The notes: generated from the sequence alone by a model not told the origin. Positions 50,604 through 61,746 are shown, counted from the stretch's first letter. The stretch: 64,000 nt of DNA from Candidatus Binatia bacterium (GCA_963664395.2 OY761159.2:2400001-2464000), one strand, 5' to 3'. Program-made: numbers and translations.

Positions 50604-52781
50604 TTACACACCTGCTTCCACTTTGTGCAGACGAACGGCACACACCTTGAACTCGGGGATTTTGGAGATCGGATCAAGCGCGCGGCTCGTCACCCGATTG
50701 GCGGCTTTCTCGCCTGGCCAGTGATAGGGAATAAAGATCGTGTCAGGCCGAATCGTGCGCACGACCAGAGCCGGCAGGGTGAGGGACGAACGCCGACTTT
50801 CGACACACACCATATCACCGCTCTGAATGTCATACTGTTCGGCCAGCCTGGGATGCAGCTCGATCTGTGGGCCTGGATATTGATCGACCAAGGGGCCGAT
50901 CCGCCGGGTTTGGGTGCCGCTTAAATACTGTGAAACGACCCGACCGCTGGTCATAATAATGGGATAGGCCGCATCGACGTCCTCAGCCGGTGGACGGTAC
51001 GTCACTGGATGGAACTTGGCTTTGCCGTCAGGGTGGAAAAAAATACCCTCTTCAAACAGGCGCGGCGTGCCCGGATGTTCCCGGCTCGGACACGGCCAGA
51101 AGATGCCGTTGTTCTGTTCGATTTTGGCGTAGTTCAGGCCGGCATAATCAACCGGCCCGCCAGCCGAGACCCGACACAATTCACGGAATAGATCTTCAGA
51201 CTCGGCATACGGAAAGAGCAGCTCTTTGCCGAGTCGATGGGCGATATCGACAATAATCTCCCAATCGACTTTGGCATTCCCCGGCGGTGGAACGGCTCGA
51301 CGAATGCGAATGACGCGGCCTTCACCGTTTGTGACTGTGCCCTCGTCTTCTTCCTGCAGCGAACCGGCCAGCACGACGTCGGCATGGTGGGCCGTTTCGG
51401 ACATAAAGGGGTCAATGACGGTAAAGAATTCGAGTTTTTCGAGCGCAGTGCGCGTCAGATTCGTATCCGGGAGTGAGACCAGCGGATTGAACGATAACGA
51501 CAGCAGGCCCTTGATCTGACCTGTGTTGACCGCATCCATGAGCTCGACGGCAGTCAGCCCGATATGCGGAATATCAGACTCGTTGACCTTCCATTCCCTG
51601 GCGATTTCTTCCCGGTGCTGCGGATTCTCAATATCGCGCCCACCCGGTAACTGATTGCAGCGCTGGCCGTGCTCACGTCCGCCCTGCCCGTTGCCCTGGC
51701 CGGTAATCGTTCCGTAGCCACAGCCCACTTTGCCGATCCTCCCGGTCGCCAGGACCAGGTTGATACAGCTCAGGACGTTCTCTACCCCCTTGGTGTGATG
51801 TTCGATCCCGCGGGCGTGCAGCAGCATCGAGCTCTCGGCCTCGGCCCACATTTCGGCCGCACGCATGATACCGGCTGCCGGAACACCTGCGATCTCGGCA
51901 GTCAGCTGCGGGGTATATTCGGCCACTGCTTCCTGTACGGATTCAAAGCCATTGGTGTGGGCGTTAATAAAATCGTGGTCTATCCAGTCGTGTTCAATAA
52001 GAACATGCAGGATGCCGTTCATGAGCGCACTGTCGCGCCCGGGCCGCACGGGCAGGAATAAATCCGCGGTGCGGGCAGTCGGCGTCATGCGGGGATCGAT
52101 GGCAATGAATTTGGCGCCATTATCACGCGCGCGCCACAGATAATCAGTCAGGATGGGAAAGCATTCACCGATATTGCTGCCAGTGACCAGGACGAGCTTC
52201 GTCAGCGGGATATCCGACCAGGGATTTGCGGCCCGGTCGATGCCAAATGCCATCTTGTTGGCCGCCCCAGCCGAAACCATGCATAAACGACCGTTGTAAT
52301 CGATGTTGGCCGTTTGGAGGGCGACCCGCGCGAATTTGCCCATGAGATAGGCTTTTTCATTGGTCACCGAAGCCCCGGACAAAATCGCAAAAGCATCCTT
52401 GCCATATGTGTCTTGAATGCGCTGGATGTTTTCGACCACCAGAGACAAGGCTTCATCCCAGTCTGCCTCCCGAAAGCCACTGTCTGTCCGAATGAGGGGA
52501 TGCAGCAGGCGATCCGGGTGGTTGTTCTGGAGATAGCGTTTGACCCCTTTGGGACACAGCTTGCCCTGATTCACCGGAAAGTCTTCCCAGGGCTCAAAGC
52601 CAACCACTTTGTCGTTGTGGACTTTGAGCTGAATGCCACACTGGACGCCGCAGAAACAGCAGTGTGTTTTGACGAGTCGGGCGGGCTCATGCTCCGCTAG
52701 CCAGCCACCGGGCGGTTCATAATTGAGATGCGGGCCGTATTGATGAATCAGTTCCTGTTCGGATAACGGGGGGATCGCCAT
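50604..52781 (-). CDS. Molybdopterin oxidoreductase, assimilatory nitrate reductase-like (NasA/NarB type)
   Basis: CCFCGVQC...LCPKG FeS motif, RLCM Mo-ligand Cys, [10 protein letters not shown]; no TAT signal; nir/narK context. Confidence 0.85.
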   Translation of the reverse strand: MAIPPLSEQELIHQYGPHLNYEPPGGWLAEHEPARLVKTHCCFCGVQCGIQLKVHNDKVVGFEPWEDFPVNQGKLCPKGVKRYLQNNHPDRLLHPLIRTDSGFREADWDEALSLVVENIQRIQDTYGKDAFAILSGASVTNEKAYLMGKFARVALQTANIDYNGRLCMVSAGAANKMAFGIDRAANPWSDIPLTKLVLVTGSNIGECFPILTDYLWRARDNGAKFIAIDPRMTPTARTADLFLPVRPGRDSALMNGILHVLIEHDWIDHDFINAHTNGFESVQEAVAEYTPQLTAEIAGVPAAGIMRAAEMWAEAESSMLLHARGIEHHTKGVENVLSCINLVLATGRIGKVGCGYGTITGQGNGQGGREHGQRCNQLPGGRDIENPQHREEIAREWKVNESDIPHIGLTAVELMDAVNTGQIKGLLSLSFNPLVSLPDTNLTRTALEKLEFFTVIDPFMSETAHHADVVLAGSLQEEDEGTVTNGEGRVIRIRRAVPPPGNAKVDWEIIVDIAHRLGKELLFPYAESEDLFRELCRVSAGGPVDYAGLNYAKIEQNNGIFWPCPSREHPGTPRLFEEGIFFHPDGKAKFHPVTYRPPAEDVDAAYPIIMTSGRVVSQYLSGTQTRRIGPLVDQYPGPQIELHPRLAEQYDIQSGDMVCVESRRSSLTLPALVVRTIRPDTIFIPYHWPGEKAANRVTSRALDPISKIPEFKVCAVRLHKVEAGV

Positions 52782-52804
52782 AATGGAAAACTCTTCTTAC
52801 GCAC

Positions 52805-53975
52805 CTACCGGCGTTCCTCTTTTCCCCTCTCGGGAGGGGTGCTGCGGAGCAGCGGGGTGGGTTCCGGGCGCATGGACAGGACCGGGGAACCCACCCCGGC
52901 CCTACGGGCCACCCCTCCCAAGAGGGGAACTATCTGCGTGTCTGCAAACGGGTCGTCTGTGTACGGCATGGTCAGGCCTTGATTCCGGGCCAGCAGACGC
53001 CGCCGACAGGGGGGACACACGTCTTGATAGTGCAACTGACCAAATTGGTAATTGAAATCCAGCTCGCCCAACACGTCTTTCAGATCATCAATCTATCTGG
53101 GAGGCGTACGGCTCGTTACACACGTAGCAGCTTGCCTGCTGGCCAGCCTGGGCCTCACGTTTATAAAATGCTACCCCGAGCTGAGCCGGACGCTGGAAGA
53201 TGTGAAAAAATTTACCAAAAGGCAGATACAGCAGCATGGCGATGACCGCGGCGGCGTGTGTAATCGCAATAAAAGTGAAGCCGTGCCCGCCCAACCAGCG
53301 CGCGCTGACCGTCAGACCCAGCCCGGTGACCGCCACCACGAACAGCAGCAGAACAGGCAGCACGTCATTGCCGAACTGCTGGAGTGAAATCGTCCCCGGC
53401 TCAGTCAGCCGGCGTTGTATGGCCAGACCCACTCCGACCAAAACCAGCACGGCAGAGATATTCAGCGCATTAAAAGACAAAAACGCAGGGATGGAGTCAA
53501 CAGAAAATTCCTGTATTTTTACCCCTAAAACAATGACCTGATAGGTATTGAGATCGTCCGCCGGCGTTTCAAAATGGAGCCAGCCGAAGACGAGCGGAAA
53601 CGTCACCGCAAAGGCGGGAGTCCCGCCCCACGACATACACACGTGCATCAGCCAGCGCACCCGACTCCGGTTGGCGATGAAGCGCTGGGTCGCAAAATTA
53701 TCAAAGAGCTGCTGGCCCAACATGACCGAGTTGCGCAGCACCCCGCCCTGCCAAAAGAGTCGCCAGCCTTGGTACCAATAGCGCTTGGTTGGTGGGCGTT
53801 GCAGCCAGACGGTGTAGCGATAGGCCACCGCGGCGGCACAAAAAATGGACGCTATGGCATACGGCAGCAGCACCCAATCGAAATGGCGCAGGTTGTCTGA
53901 GCTGAGGATAATCAGGCCGGCCACGAAAGCCCCGGTCAGGGTCGCGATGATACCTGCTGTCGGCTCAAGCGTCAG
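52805..53975 (-). pseudogene. NarI-like multi-TM protein with C-terminal CxxC...CxxC, frameshifted near 53090
   Basis: TM His residues (WLMH, ITH, PFGKFFHIF). CYVC and CPPC lie in different frames joined at ...ASQ/IDDLKDVL. Probable CTG start overlapping the nirD stop, with a GGAG RBS. Confidence 0.7.
52822..52929. repeat. Inverted pair of REP-like elements
   Basis: ttcccctctcgggaggggtg...cggggtgggttcc / ggaacccaccccg...cacccctcccaagaggggaa (arms with 1 and 0 mismatches). Confidence 0.8.
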
Positions 53976-54382
53976 TTTCGTTCTCCCGTCATCGCTGTGG
54001 GGGCTGTCAGCGTAATGACAATCCGTCCGTTTGCCTCGCGCACAGGATAGGTCTGCACAACGCTCTCCTCGCCCAGACACTGACCCGTCGCCAGGTCAAT
54101 CTTCCACATGTGCAGCGGACAGATCACCTTCCCGGAACCAAGCAGCCCATCGGCCAGTGGGCCGGCCTTGTGCGGACAGGCATTATCCGTGGCGAAAAGA
54201 CGCCCGTCCCGTTGACGGAACACGGCAATTGTTTCCCCTTCAAGCCTATACGCGCGCCCCTCACCAAGCGGGATAAAGCCGATTGGACCAAGATCAATGT
54301 CCGCCGCCGGATGCGCCAAGGGCCGGGAATCCCCGATAGGTCCGATGTGTGGCACGGGTTGCGTAACAGGGCTCTGGTTCAT
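53972..54382 (-). CDS. nirD: Nitrite reductase small (Rieske) subunit
   Basis: CPHKAGPL...CPLH; 4-bp overlap with nirB. Confidence 0.88.
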   Translation of the reverse strand: MNQSPVTQPVPHIGPIGDSRPLAHPAADIDLGPIGFIPLGEGRAYRLEGETIAVFRQRDGRLFATDNACPHKAGPLADGLLGSGKVICPLHMWKIDLATGQCLGEESVVQTYPVREANGRIVITLTAPTAMTGERN

Positions 54383-56889
54383 TGGACACCTTCCTCTCTC
54401 CGAGTCGGGGCCTCAACCGGCAGAGGAGCGGCAAACTGGCTGACGTTCTCGGGCTGGACTGCCTCTGTAGACCAGGGGTCTCGATACGCCGCAACAGCCT
54501 TATTGATCTCGGCATCCAAGCGCTCGCAGATGCCTTCCGTATCGTCGATGAGCACCGCTCGCAGATGTTCAATACCGACGCGTTCGGCAAACCCATAGGT
54601 ACGTTCCAGGTATTTGGCATTCTCCCGGTAGTACTGGATGAAGCGGCCCATATAGGTGAGGACCTGCTCATGTCCTTCGACCGTACACAGCAGATCGCCT
54701 TTGCGGACCGTCCCGCCGGCCGCCCCGCCGATGTAGATTTCCCACTTGTCGTCCCCGATGGCCACCGCGCCCAAATCCTTGACGTAGGCTTCGGAGCAGT
54801 TGCGCGGACAGCCGGCGGTTGCCAACTTCATTTTGTGGGGTGACTCGACGCCTTGATAACGTCGCTCGATTTTCTGAGCCAGGGCAATCGAGTCGCCCAA
54901 GCCATAGCGGCAGAAGTCGGTGCCCACGCAGCTTTTGCAGGTCCGAAACGCTTTGGTATAGGCATGGCCGCTCGGAATGCCGAGTTCTTTCCACACCTTG
55001 GGCAGATTGTCTTTTGTGATGCCCAACAGGTCGATGCGTTGACCACCCGTAATTTTGACCATCCGCACGTTGTACTGTTCCGCCACCTCGGCAATGCGTT
55101 TCAGTTCGGCCGGAGAGGTGACACCCCCATAAATACGGGGGACCACGCTGAAGGTGCCGTCGTGCTGAATATTGGCATGGACACGGTCATTGATATACCG
55201 GGCGTCGCGTTCGTCTTCGTATTCGTCCGACCAGAGAGATTTGAGCAAAGAGGCCAGCCCGATCTTGCTGCCGGGGTCTTCTTTACCGTCGGCCAATGCG
55301 CGAAAGACCGCGCTGACGCTTTTCAGTTGTTTGGCTTTGATTGCAGCGATGAGTTCCGGTTTCGGCAGTGGAACGCCGGGGACATAATAATGCTCACTCG
55401 GGTCCTCTACGATCTCGTCCGCATATGCCTCTAAAAGCTGGGCGACCAAGGGTTTACAACTCCCGCAGCCGGCCCCCGCTTTCGTCTTGGTCCCGACCTG
55501 CATGACGGACGTACAGCCCCCGGTTTCAATCGCGGTGCGGATACAGCCTTTGGACACGCCATTACAGTTGCAAATCTGGGCTGCGTCCGGCAAATCGGCC
55601 GCGGCCAGCAGGGGCGCACCATTCGCCGGGCCAAAAAGGAGATCGGCCCGGCGTTCCGGCAGCGCGGTGTCCAGGCTGAACATCTGCATCAGCGTGCTGG
55701 CGGTATCGGCTTCGCCGAGGAGAATCGCGCCGTGCAGTTTGTTTTCGCGAATAATCAGTTTTTTGTACACGCCGCGCGACGGCTCCCGGTAGACGACAAC
55801 CTCGTCGTCAGGCTCGGCTTTTTTGGTCTCGCCCATCGAGGCGAGTTCCACACCCATGACTTTGAGTTTGGTCGCCAGTTTGGAGCCTTCATACGCAGCA
55901 GCCGGGTTGGTTTCGGTTATGACGTCGGCTAACGTCCGGGCCTGGTCCCAGATTGGATCAACCAGCCCATAGATGACCCCGCGATGCTGGACACACTCAC
56001 CCACCGCAAACACGTCCGGATCGCTCGTGCGCATCTGGTCGTCACACACAATCCCACGCTCGACCGCTAAACCGGAGTCGGTCGCAATTTCGACAATGGG
56101 ACGAATACCAGTGCTGACGACAACCATGTCTGTTTCGAGAGTAGAGCCGTCTTTGAATCGGAGCCCGGTGACGTGCTCCTCGCCAAGAATATGGGTGGTG
56201 ATTTTTTCGAGCAGGACGCTAATGCCCATCTGCCTTAAGGTCGTTTTCAACAAGTCGCCGGATTCCGGGTCGAGCTGGGCACTCATGGGCTGCGGCATGG
56301 CTTCGAGAACAGTGACCTCGACCCCATGGGTCAGGAGGCCACGCGCTGCCTCAAGACCAAGCAAGCCCCCACCGATGACCGCGGCGCGCCGACACCGTTT
56401 GGCATAGGCAGCAATCTGCTCGCAGTCATCAATAGTTCGAAAGAGAAACGTGCCGGCTTTGCCCATACCATCCATGGGTGGCACGAACGGACGGGAGCCC
56501 GTGGCGATAATGACTGTGTCGTAGGGCTCTTCGATACATGCTGCCGCTTGAGCGCAGCCATTGAGCCCATAGGCCGGGGCGTCCGTTCGCATGGGCTGGC
56601 CGATAACGACGCGCCGCTCACGGTCGATCAGGGTCGCTTTGACGCCGGCATGGAGCTGGATATTGTTCTCTGCATACCAGGCTAACGGATTGAGAAAGGT
56701 GTCCTGCATGGGCTGCGAGCCGTTCAGCACGTTGGACAGCAGGATGCGGTTGTAGTTGCCGTAGGGCTCGGCGCCGAACATGGCAATGGCAAAGCGGTCA
56801 GGGTCGCGAGCCAGGATTTCTTCAACAACGCGCGCACCCGCCATGCCGTTGCCAATCACCACAAGTCGCTCTTTTTGCGTACCGGCCAT
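54379..56889 (-). CDS. nirB: NAD(P)H nitrite reductase large subunit
   Basis: IGNGMAG, YNRILLS, GGGLLGLE, CNC/CGSC BFD-like domain, ANIQ.DGTFSV, CKSC....C, GCPRNC. ATG at 56889 has a GAGGAGG RBS. Confidence 0.95.
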   Translation of the reverse strand: MAGTQKERLVVIGNGMAGARVVEEILARDPDRFAIAMFGAEPYGNYNRILLSNVLNGSQPMQDTFLNPLAWYAENNIQLHAGVKATLIDRERRVVIGQPMRTDAPAYGLNGCAQAAACIEEPYDTVIIATGSRPFVPPMDGMGKAGTFLFRTIDDCEQIAAYAKRCRRAAVIGGGLLGLEAARGLLTHGVEVTVLEAMPQPMSAQLDPESGDLLKTTLRQMGISVLLEKITTHILGEEHVTGLRFKDGSTLETDMVVVSTGIRPIVEIATDSGLAVERGIVCDDQMRTSDPDVFAVGECVQHRGVIYGLVDPIWDQARTLADVITETNPAAAYEGSKLATKLKVMGVELASMGETKKAEPDDEVVVYREPSRGVYKKLIIRENKLHGAILLGEADTASTLMQMFSLDTALPERRADLLFGPANGAPLLAAADLPDAAQICNCNGVSKGCIRTAIETGGCTSVMQVGTKTKAGAGCGSCKPLVAQLLEAYADEIVEDPSEHYYVPGVPLPKPELIAAIKAKQLKSVSAVFRALADGKEDPGSKIGLASLLKSLWSDEYEDERDARYINDRVHANIQHDGTFSVVPRIYGGVTSPAELKRIAEVAEQYNVRMVKITGGQRIDLLGITKDNLPKVWKELGIPSGHAYTKAFRTCKSCVGTDFCRYGLGDSIALAQKIERRYQGVESPHKMKLATAGCPRNCSEAYVKDLGAVAIGDDKWEIYIGGAAGGTVRKGDLLCTVEGHEQVLTYMGRFIQYYRENAKYLERTYGFAERVGIEHLRAVLIDDTEGICERLDAEINKAVAAYRDPWSTEAVQPENVSQFAAPLPVEAPTRREEGVQ

Positions 56890-56943
56890 GTATGCGTCCT
56901 CCTCACAGCCGCCGACGAGAGACAGCCTGATGGGATAAAGATG

Positions 56944-56960
56944 AGCAAGACCGAGGCCAA
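56944..56960 (-). promoter_or_regulatory. Sigma-54 promoter of the nirB operon
   Basis: TTGGCCTCGGTCTTGCT, an exact GG-N10-GC match. Confidence 0.8.
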
Positions 56961-57073
56961 ACCCGCAGGAATCAAACAAGAACCAATATAAAAAGGAAAA
57001 AAGACGGGCCGGGACAGGCGTTGACGGGCTCTGGGCAGGTAAGGAGGAGCAAGGTGTGAGGAAACAAAACGAT

Positions 57074-57120
57074 ACGGAAGTGTTTGTAAAGCAGCAAACT
57101 GTTGGCTGAACAACACGCCT
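57074..57120. promoter_or_regulatory. 47-bp imperfect palindrome, putative enhancer (copy 2)
   Basis: Inverted homologue of 47684-47730. Confidence 0.7.
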
Positions 57121-57229
57121 TCGGGCACTTGGGTGAGCGCCATCGCCCCCGATTCCCCTGTGCCCTGAGAACGTCAAACAGGGCGAAGGGCTGGTAGGAG
57201 GGTGGTGACCGGTTGGGAGCGCCTCCCCG

Positions 57230-60200
57230 TTACGGCTCCACATCCGTAATGACAAAATTCTGACTGGTCTGCTGCCACTCCAGGGTGACTGTCTCGCCCA
57301 GCGTCGGAAAGTCTGCGACCACACATTCCCCCTCAACCCCCCGCAGAAACTCCACCCCCAGCGTCGTCACCCGCACCGTGGCCCGGCCTAACTCTTCGCC
57401 ATCCACAAACGCCACCACGTCATGCTCCCCGTCCCCCAGCAGATTCCAGTTGAACAACAAGCCAAACCCATTGTCCGTGTCCCCACACGCCCCTAGCGTG
57501 TCCAACCGCTCCGTGCCATACGCGGCCACCTGCCGCCCGGCAGTCCCAATCGCAAGCTCAACCGTGTCGGCGTCACACACCCAGCCCGAGAGCACCCGGA
57601 CCCCACTCTGAAAGGAATTGGGACCCGGATTCTCCAGATACCCCGTCAGGGCGCTCGTCCGGCCCGTGGTGGCACCGGCCGGGCGACTCCCTCTCGCCAT
57701 CACGAAATTCTGGCTATTTTGCTGCCACACCAGCGTCACCGTCTCGCCTGGCATGGGGAAGTCTGCGGCTGCACATTCCCCCTCGGCTCCCCGTAGAAAC
57801 TCCTGCCCCACGGTCGTCACCTGTACCGTGGCCCGGTCTAACTCGATGTTGTCCACATAGGCCACGACTTCATGCTCCCCATCCCCCAACAGGTTCCAGT
57901 TGAACAGCAACCCAAACCCGTTGTCCGTATCCCCACAGGCATCCAACGTATCCAGCCGCTCCGTCCCATACGCCGCCTCCTGCGGCATCCCGTTCAACTC
58001 GAGCTCCACCACCGCCGCCGCACACACCCAGCCCGACAGCACGCCAATGCCACTCTGAAACGCCGCTGCGCCCGGATTCTCCAAGTAGCCCGTCAGTAAG
58101 CGCGCCTCCAGCGTATACGCCCCGGTCTGCCCGTTCTGCCCCTCGACCGTCACCAGCACCGGTCGGGCCGTCACCGGGGTGCGGACCCGGAAGTTCTGCT
58201 GCTCCCCGCCCCCGTCGGCCTGTGCCAACATGGCCCCGTCCTGCCACACCGTGCCCCGAGTCGCGGTCGGCCCCGTGGTCTCGACCGCCAACACCCCGGC
58301 CCGGGGCAGCGGTAACCCAAAATAATCCACATCGTCCGGTGCATGGAGTTGGCCCGGTATGGAGGCGGACCGGGCCGCGCTGAGCACGATGCGGGTGGCC
58401 TGCGCCGGCATCGTGCCGTGGTCGTCGCGGACCTCCCCGCCCCCACCTCCGCCGCCGCCACCCCCGCCGCCAAAAGGCGGTACCCGTGTCGGGGGGTTGT
58501 CGTTGTCCGTGATCGTCAGCGTCGCCGAAGTCACGCCATCGGATAGGTCCGGTGCCGTGCCGCTGACCGTGACCGTCTCGTTCGGCTCGTCGATGGCATC
58601 GTCCACCGGCGTCAGGGTAAACGTCGCCGTGCCGGTCTGATCCCACGCCGCAATCTCCAGCGTGAAGGCCTCCACCGCCGTGAAGTCCGCCGCCGTGGCC
58701 GCCGCCACGCGCACGGTCACTTCGGTGTCCTGCCGGAGCACCCCACTGTTCAACGTCCCCGTCACGGTCACCGTCCTGCCTGCAACCTCTCCCTCGCCGA
58801 CTGCCGACGGATTCACACTCAGCGTCGCGGCTGTAGATGGACTCTCGTCATCCGTGACGGTCACCGCCACGGCGGCGACCGTCACGTCCGTGGTCACTGC
58901 CCTCGACCGTCGTCACGGTGTGGGTCAGCGTGGCCGCCAGATCGTAGCCGTCCGGGTCGTGCTCCGTGCGGATCGTCACGGTCTGGGCCGTCTGCCAGGT
59001 CGTGGGCGTGAACCTCAGCGAGGTCGGCTGCACGCCGACCGCCGTCTCGCTCGACGCCACGGCTATCGTCACGGGCGAGGTCGGCTCGGAGTTCAACTTC
59101 ACCGTGTAACGGCCTGTGTTGCCCTCAATGATCGACAGCTCCCCGCCTGGAATCGGCTGCCCCCCCGCCGCCAGTGTCACCCCCCCCTCGTCGTCCTCGA
59201 TCGTCAGCATCACCGTGACCGGCCCAGCCACGCAAACGTCGTCCGCCGTCCCACTCACCGTCACCGTCTTGGTCTCCGGCCAGTCCACAGCGTTGTCCCT
59301 GGCCGTCAGCGTCACCTCTCCCGTGCTCTCCGTCTTCCCCGCGGTGATCGTCAGCGTCAGGTTCTGACTCAGGGTGACGTCGCCCGCCGGGGCTGCGACC
59401 GTCACCGTCGTCGTCATGCTTGGGGCCGGGGACAGCGTGGCTGTCACCGTACTGCTCTTCGCGCCGCTTTCGCTGATCGAGTCCGGCGTCAGGTTCAGCG
59501 TCAGCACACCTTCCTCGTCGGTCAACCCACGGCTGCGGTCCTGGGAACGGATACATGTGAGTTTCCGCTCCAGACGCTGGGCGACAATGGGATGCTGGTC
59601 ATAGACGTTGTGCTGCTCCGATGGGTCGGACGCGATATCGAACAGTTGGTAGGGCCTTTGAAAGGGACGACCTCTAGGACTTTCCCTGCCCCCGGAACCG
59701 TCCCCGGCGACGAGCTTCCAGTCACCGTCACGGATCGCGAACATCCCGCTGGAGGAATGATGGATCACCGCCGCGCGCGGACGTGTCCACGGATTGCCGT
59801 GTAGGGGCGGTAGGAGGCTGAAACTGTCCTCGGCCTCATTCTCGGACAACTCATGACCAACGATCTCCGCCACCGTTGCAAAGACATCGGTCAGAGAGAT
59901 GACCTCCTCCTGGGTGCTGTCGGGGGTAATCTCCCCAGGCCAGCGTGCGAAGAACGGCACGCGATAGCCCGCCTCCCAGATATCGGCCTTAGTCCCTCGA
60001 TACACGTGATTCGGGGTGTGATTGGCCGACCGATACCCCTGGAGCGTCGAATCATCCGCGTGATCCCTTTCTCCAGGTCCGTACTGGCGCATGAAGGACC
60101 CATTGTCGGAGGTGAAAATCAGCAGTGTGTTGTCGTCGACTTCGGCTTGGTCCAGTGCGCTCATCACGTCGCCCACGGCTGCGTCGACCTGTACGATGAA

Positions 60201-61400
60201 GTCTCCGTACGGGCCCAATTCGGTCTCGTCTTCGAACCGCTGGGCCGGCCAGACCGGCTTGTGCGGGGCCGTCAAGGGCAGGTACAGCAGAAAGGTCTGC
60301 CCGTCCGCCACCTGCTGCCGGATAAAATCCTCGGCCTTCTCGATCAGTTCGTCGAGCACACCGGGAGGATCGAAATTCGACCCCAACTCGCCGGGTCTCA
60401 TGTAACGCGGGAAGCTCAGAGCCGACTGCTGCCCCAGCGGAAATCCTGTGATCCTGCCGTTGTGGATATAGACATATGGAGGGGAGGCGTTAGTCGGGAT
60501 GATGTAGGACTCGTCGAACCCGTGCGTGTGCGGTCCGTCGGTAACCGACTCCTCGAATTCGCCGAAGACATTCTTCGCAAAACCGAGCCCCAGGTGCCAC
60601 TTTCCGATCGCTGCGGTGCGGTACCCTTCGGCCTTGAGCAAGGAGCCGAGCGTTTCGCGACCCGAGGCCAGCAAGGGGCTACTGTCACCGTTCAGGACTC
60701 CTTTCTTTAGTCGTGTCCGCCACGCATAACGGCCGGTCAACAGGCCGTAGCGCGTTGGGGTGCAAACCGCCGCCGGCGTATGCGCGTCCAGAAACGTCAT
60801 ACCTGCTTGCGCCAGAGCATCCAGGTTCGGCGTCGGGATTTGGGACTGCGGATTCAGATGAGCAACATCGCCGTACCCAAGGTCGTCGGCCAGGATGATG
60901 ACGATGTTCGGCACCCCCTCAGCGACGTTCGCCACCGTGACCTCCAGCGCGGCGGTGTCCGTATTGGTGCCATCGCTGACCTCGACGGTCACTGCGTAGA
61001 CGTTGTCCTCATCGTCGTCGGTGGAGGCCTCGTAGTCCGGGGCGGCGGTGAAGGTCAGCCCGCCCGCTGCGGTCAGGCTGAACGCGTCCGCGTCTGCCCC
61101 GCCCCCCGTCGGAATGGACCACGTCAGGGGGTCGTTCTCCGGGTCCGTGGCCGTCAGGGTCGTGACGGCGGTGCTGCCCTCGTCCACGGTGAAGGCCGTC
61201 TCACTGGTGATCTGAGGTGGGGCGGCCCACACGGGCACCGCCCGCGCGAACAGGACGAGCAGCACCACCAGCACGAAGGCGCTCCCATACCCGCCCGCCG
61301 CGTGCGGCCCGCAACCGGGACACGGCTCGCCCCCTACGACGGGCCTGGCATGCGCCTGCCCGCCATTTTTCACTTTGCTGTGTACCCTCTGTCGTTCCAT
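57230..61400 (-). CDS. Large secreted modular sulfatase (cadherin-like, sulfatase, Calx-beta-like repeats, Gly linker, PPC-like, two C-terminal modules); frameshift near 58885
   Basis: PNIVIILADDLGYGD, CTPTR (CxPxR), GKWHLG; APDYE cadherin-like motif; TIxDxD repeats; DDHG...DVDYF. The two ORFs join at ...GSDH/DVTVAAV. Start uncertain. Confidence 0.8.
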
Positions 61401-61533
61401 TTGATTGTTGAATGTTTCTCATACGAAATCCCGCCGCTCCTGTCCCCTCCAATTTGGGAGGAAAATGGCGTCACAAAACCTGGATTGCGGAGCCGGCTGG
61501 CCGGGAGAGGACACCCGGCCCCATAGGGGGCGG

Positions 61534-61683
61534 CTAGAGCGTTTCACGTTAGTCTGTAGCCGTGCCCGTACGCGCTCGTCATGCCGGACGTGATCCGGCA
61601 TCCAGAGGCCGGGAGGTCGGGGGCCTGGATTCCTGCTTTCGCAGGAATGACGGGCGGCTACACAGCATCGTGATTTGCTCTAG
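61534..61683. mobile_element. 150-bp MITE-like element with CTAG ends and an internal REP pair
   Basis: Left end CTAGAGCGTTTCACGTTAGTCTGTAGCCG vs reverse complement of right end CTAGAGCAAATCACGATGCTGTGTAGCCG. Internal cgtcatgccggacgtgatccggcatccag...ctggattcctgctttcgcaggaatgacg (61577-61652). Confidence 0.72.
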
Positions 61684-61724
61684 GGGGTGCCGCTCCGATT
61701 GACTATGGGCGCTGCATCATGAGT

Positions 61725-61741
61725 TGCCTGAAAAATAAGCA
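61725..61741. promoter_or_regulatory. Putative NtrC-type binding site
   Basis: TGCCTGAAAAATAAGCA (TGC-N11-GCA, A-rich core), about 110 bp upstream of a sigma-54 promoter. Confidence 0.55.
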
Positions 61742-61746
61742 GAGAA

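Noticed and set aside
53088-53090. TGA in the NarI-like gene as a third selenocysteine codon
   Set aside because: The downstream part is in a different frame and the position is not Cys-like; it is a frameshift.
57118-57150. ANTAR dual-hexaloop leader upstream of nirB
   Set aside because: Weak match (loops lack the conserved A), and it lies upstream of the sigma-54 promoter, so it would not be transcribed.
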